Of a DNA stretch of 64,000 nt, positions 61,001 to 64,000 are shown piece by piece. The notes under the pieces were generated by a model. The model was not told where the DNA came from. It worked only from the letters and a program-made list of their open reading frames with translations, and made no database searches. Numbering within the stretch: the stretch's first letter is position 1; every line of letters begins with the position of its first letter. The translations under genes and the position numbers were made by a program. Origin of the DNA: an uncultured Methanomassiliicoccales archaeon (GTDB lineage Archaea; Thermoplasmatota; Thermoplasmata; Methanomassiliicoccales; UBA472); contig OY968769.1 in assembly GCA_963695345.1 (NCBI GenBank), positions 1,280,001 through 1,344,000 on the forward strand, in the 5' to 3' direction.

Positions 61001-63749
61001 GGCCAATGTGAAGGTGCTGCGCAACATAGCGATAATGAACGGAGCGATGGCAGTTGGCCTGAGGTACGATCCGGATCTGATATCCCAGGCAATTAACGGT
61101 GGTACGTCAACGGTCACCGTCGGCACGCAGCTGGTCGCCAACAATGAAGTGACCGCAACAGGCGATGACTTCTACGGGCTGTACTATTACGGCGACAACC
61201 TGTACTCGATCAGCAACATTGGAAATGCGACCGTAGTATCTGGATCCATCAGCATCCGGGACAACACGGTGGGCATGAAGGGCAATAACAGCATCGGTCT
61301 GTACGTCCGTAACGACGTTGACAACATCGAGGCTGTCGCACACTCCCACTGGCTAGCCTCGTTCAAGCTGGTCGATGGATTGAACATCATCAGGAACTCC
61401 CTGGTGATGAAGGGCTCGGAGAACTTCGGAATACTCGTTGAGAACGACGGGCAAACCCTCGATGTGATAGTGGATGATATGGACGGCGATGCGTTCCTGC
61501 AGTATGAGATGACCATATCAAACAACGTCCTGACCATGTCTGGCCCTAACAATGTCGGCATCGATCTGACGGACTACATCCGCTACTTCTCATACAACAA
61601 CGGTAACGTTGTCATGAAGGCGGATGTTATGATATCGAACAACAACGTGAAGATGAACAGCGACACCGGCGAGGGCATACTGCTGAGCGCGCCGTTAAAT
61701 GTCGATGTGACCTCATTCAACGGTGTGGCGACGATATCGGCAAAGGTCTCGGTAATCAACAACATCGTCACCCGCGGCGGCATCGGAATACACGTTGACG
61801 GTACTGGACAGGGAGATGTCTACATCACCAGCAACAAGGTGACTGGAACCTACAACATCTCGGTCCTGATCGAGGGCGCCAACGCGATAGTGGAGAACAA
61901 CATAATCACCGAGAACGCCGGTAATGGAATAGTCCTGCAGAACAACCTGGCTTCCACCTACCTGGTGATCGGGAACAACACCATTACCCACAACGGCGGA
62001 ATAGGCCTGTGGGTGCTGGAGAGCAACGGGGTCGCCGTCTTTAATGGCATATTCGAAGAGAACATGAATGGCGGAATAATCGTACCCAGCGATGGTGTGG
62101 TGGCTCCGTCCGATTCCCTGACGCTTGCCTTATCGTCCGGCAGCCAGGTCAAGTGGCTGGTCAGCACCGCAACGACCGTGAAGGGCAACGACGTGGAACT
62201 CTTCGGGGATGTGGAGATCACCCGCTACGGTATATTGACACTGGACTCGGTGGACAGCTTCACCATCGGAGCCGCCGACACCGGGGTCACCCAGTTGATG
62301 GTAGACTTCGGAGGTTCCTTGATCGTAAGGAACTCCAACATGTACTCCGACAACGGCAAGGGGCTGTTCCTGGTCTACGGCAAACTGCAGATGACCAGCT
62401 CGATCGTGAGCGATTGGTCCGAGATATACCTGGGCAACACGTCGACCGCGTCGATCACCGCCTGTACTATCCAGTATAACGACCGGAACGGAATATTCAT
62501 CGACGGGGCGAACCCGACCATATCCTCGACGACGATCCTCGCGAACGGAATGGACGGGATATTCGTCAACGACGGGTCCCAGCCGATCATCAAGAGCTGC
62601 GTGATCATGCAGAACGAGCGCGGGATATACGCCAGGAGCTCTTACCTGGACAATGTGGTCGACAACATATTCGTGTTGAACAGTGTGGCCGGACTGTACG
62701 CCGAGGACGTGGTGGGCAGGATCCACGCCAACATATTCCTGTTGGACAAGAACGAGATATTCCTGTACAACTGCGTCGTCTCGGTCGAGGACAATGAGAT
62801 CGGATATGCCCGCATCGTCGATGATGTGGCCAAGTACTCTGTTCTGCTGTCCCTGGTCCTCAGCTACCTGGATACATCCAGCCTAACTGAGGAGGGTCTC
62901 AGCTCGGGCGACCTGATGGCCACCTATGGCCTCTCGGACCTGCTCCTGCCGATGCTCCTCGAGCACGTGGGTATGTACGCCATCAACTCGGATGTCACAG
63001 CGAAGGACAACACCTACGGAATGCTGAGCTACGCGGTGTATGCGGAGAACTCGACCGTATCGTTCAGCGACACCGTGAAGGAGAACGCCATCGTCCTCCA
63101 GTGGCTCAACCATAACCTGGACTCCCGGAACATCACGGTACCGACGTTCGTGTACAACGGCATATACCTGATCAACTCGAAGTTGACCATGAGCGGGGCC
63201 AGTATCCAGTGCAGGAACGACGCGGTGTTCCTGGACGATTCCAGTGCCCTCATAACCAAGTCGGCGCTGAACGCGTCAAGGTTCGACATCTACTCGGTGC
63301 ATGAGAGCAGCGTCAACATCAGCGCCACCTCCATGGACGGTAAGCTGAAGATCGAGGATGGCGGCCTGATGACCTGGTTTAACCAGTTCACCGTCATCGT
63401 CAAGAACTCCGACGGCAAACTGGTCTCGGGAGCGCCGGTGACCGTCGTGGACGGGAACGGCAAGCTGATCTCCAGCGGCGTGACCGACAGCAACGGTCAG
63501 TATCTGGCCGACGTGACCGGATGGACCCAGGATGAGTATGGCAGGCACGCCGTCTCCTCTCCGTACTGGGTGAACGCCACGGTGGACGGCAAGGTCGTCT
63601 CGCAGACCGCCGACGGAAGCCAGGCCCAGACCGTGTCGGCCCAGGCCCAGAGGAGCACGATCGACGCGATCATGCTGCCGATGCTCCTGATAGTCGCCCT
63701 GATCGTCGTGGTCGTGGTGATAATGGTGGTCCTGCGCAGCCGCAAGTAG
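58083..63749 (+). CDS. Large surface-anchored right-handed beta-helix (adhesin-like) protein
   Basis: GGAGG SD, signal peptide, T.W...GSPY.V...TV..G.TL N-cap, long I.V.NN repeat run, C-terminal beta-sandwich, TM helix and RSRK tail. Confidence 0.88.
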   Translation: MGTYSPEDSSNQLILGPLARRKGFLMVGALLIVCAFALLLSASGANATTYVYQDISTDTTWNEAGSPYVVNDTITVQSGATLTVGPNVNVRVDAGRQILIDGSLRANGEAARMINFTANSTTWNGMVSGANSLISLNYVKFNNATGMTVQNTGVFTNSMFRDLSSNAILFSIIHKSGNLTVTGCDFRQVSVNDILVQVSAWSNATTTRTTSVPIVIANNNFALGLTGTAVRIEETVNPVQSGVAVLNSAISVNNNRFNIGTHQAISVERTVVSYDNATATLNGALTFNFNTFTSGNAISVVNSATALDLPSLRFNHDNSVNINSGVTVSNNDLRNVIGNGFSDSSTLVTFGQKTSTMTNPIRVTGNNFTTSIDAIIAQKTAVAYENGTAVFASDITVDHNRMISVENGIIVGKSLLAVGDFNGRITYTGAETISNNTVTLGTGVFFVSNLAESSSGYGIVSMSGAKVVSDNTIANIGSGMTISVSESASTSDHSSTTLTIPVAVVRNNVSVASGLIASGSYSAASDLSHLTILGDVRVLNNIGSQLSSSGITLLINGLAAVDDGNITVTGSMTVSDNKLHIASGPGITFEMHATGQNNGKTHITMPIEISGNNIDCVGSNAVRVIVTLNTLNNALIAETGAVTIDSNLVTRAANGFTISRQVTAGSKTNSSVSVVSDVTIINNVMNNLTGNCMSLTDAVAANGHKELVFNSTVTVTGNVVHKATGRMLDISRQGLRSYDSAKLTFTGSITVSNNLAVVCGESIRLNLAYESNNLSTLSVTGDLTVTNNQGLDISHNGIEVYQDSRSKGNSTMSVVGNIMVSDNVLEIGNLEAITLQNYLVTSDNSTGTMVGSVNVLRNSAVIENSSALSALVRVIASDNSDALMAGDLVVSNNTMTYYGNNDGYFVDVYVYASVTQTKKVATATYNGDMVVTDNKATVTGINAYRDVYYVYFDVQAKVEITGPHGNAWANATAANVKVLRNIAIMNGAMAVGLRYDPDLISQAINGGTSTVTVGTQLVANNEVTATGDDFYGLYYYGDNLYSISNIGNATVVSGSISIRDNTVGMKGNNSIGLYVRNDVDNIEAVAHSHWLASFKLVDGLNIIRNSLVMKGSENFGILVENDGQTLDVIVDDMDGDAFLQYEMTISNNVLTMSGPNNVGIDLTDYIRYFSYNNGNVVMKADVMISNNNVKMNSDTGEGILLSAPLNVDVTSFNGVATISAKVSVINNIVTRGGIGIHVDGTGQGDVYITSNKVTGTYNISVLIEGANAIVENNIITENAGNGIVLQNNLASTYLVIGNNTITHNGGIGLWVLESNGVAVFNGIFEENMNGGIIVPSDGVVAPSDSLTLALSSGSQVKWLVSTATTVKGNDVELFGDVEITRYGILTLDSVDSFTIGAADTGVTQLMVDFGGSLIVRNSNMYSDNGKGLFLVYGKLQMTSSIVSDWSEIYLGNTSTASITACTIQYNDRNGIFIDGANPTISSTTILANGMDGIFVNDGSQPIIKSCVIMQNERGIYARSSYLDNVVDNIFVLNSVAGLYAEDVVGRIHANIFLLDKNEIFLYNCVVSVEDNEIGYARIVDDVAKYSVLLSLVLSYLDTSSLTEEGLSSGDLMATYGLSDLLLPMLLEHVGMYAINSDVTAKDNTYGMLSYAVYAENSTVSFSDTVKENAIVLQWLNHNLDSRNITVPTFVYNGIYLINSKLTMSGASIQCRNDAVFLDDSSALITKSALNASRFDIYSVHESSVNISATSMDGKLKIEDGGLMTWFNQFTVIVKNSDGKLVSGAPVTVVDGNGKLISSGVTDSNGQYLADVTGWTQDEYGRHAVSSPYWVNATVDGKVVSQTADGSQAQTVSAQAQRSTIDAIMLPMLLIVALIVVVVVIMVVLRSRK

Positions 63750-63756
63750 TGACGCC

Positions 63757-63796
63757 AAACACCTTTTCCAACCCTTTTCCGTTTTTTCCTTTTTTT
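63757..63796 (+). terminator. Pyrimidine-rich terminator
   Basis: AAACACCTTTTCCAACCCTTTTCCGTTTTTTCCTTTTTTT. Confidence 0.7.
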
Positions 63797-63858
63797 ACCT
63801 CGGCGAAGCTCGCAAAATGATTAAGTGGCGAACGCGCATTCTACGCCAGGTGCATCAG

Positions 63859-64000
63859 ATGGGTTATTCTCAAAGACTCCTTGACGTTCTCCGTTCGCTC
63901 AACGCCGAGGAAGGCGATACCGTCCTGGTCCATGATACCGGCCGGGAGTACCGGGGCATTCTAATGCCCCATCACGAGTTCAGCGACCCGGAAGTGGTCG
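63859..64000 (+). CDS. gatD: Glu-tRNA(Gln) amidotransferase subunit D (5' fragment)
   Basis: MGYSQRL...EEGD.V.V......Y.GILMPHHEFS, matching the GatD N-terminal domain. Confidence 0.8.
   Translation, partial: MGYSQRLLDVLRSLNAEEGDTVLVHDTGREYRGILMPHHEFSDPEVV

Overview
Archaeal core-genome region, most likely from Thermoplasmatota (Methanomassiliicoccales-like). The placement is inferred from the unsplit rpoB with split rpoA'/A'', the gene order, AsnRS plus GatD, and HypB. The window holds the ftsZ-secE-spt5-rpl11-rpl1-rpl10-rpl12 cluster, the rpoH-B-A'-A''-rpl30e-nusA operon, cdc6/orc1, priL, EF-1beta, asnS, truA, trmJ, purD, pyrF, transporters, three ftsZ paralogs, a 2180-aa AglB and a 1888-aa beta-helix surface protein. 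About 13 genes between 6 and 34 kb carry small indel frameshifts; several are essential, so these are probably assembly errors. Best leads: (1) a tRNA-Lys(UUU) interrupted by two non-canonical introns (D-loop 20/21 and T-loop 59/60) with relaxed BHB motifs; (2) a three-FtsZ division locus with a tandem-RHH CdrS-like regulator and GTCAGAC boxes; (3) an L1 autoregulatory mRNA leader; (4) two candidate non-canonical start codons (CTG, ACG); (5) extra domains on Spt5, RpoB and RpoA''; (6) a candidate structured ncRNA. I saw no CRISPR array, integrase or transposase. All calls were made by eye, without database searches.
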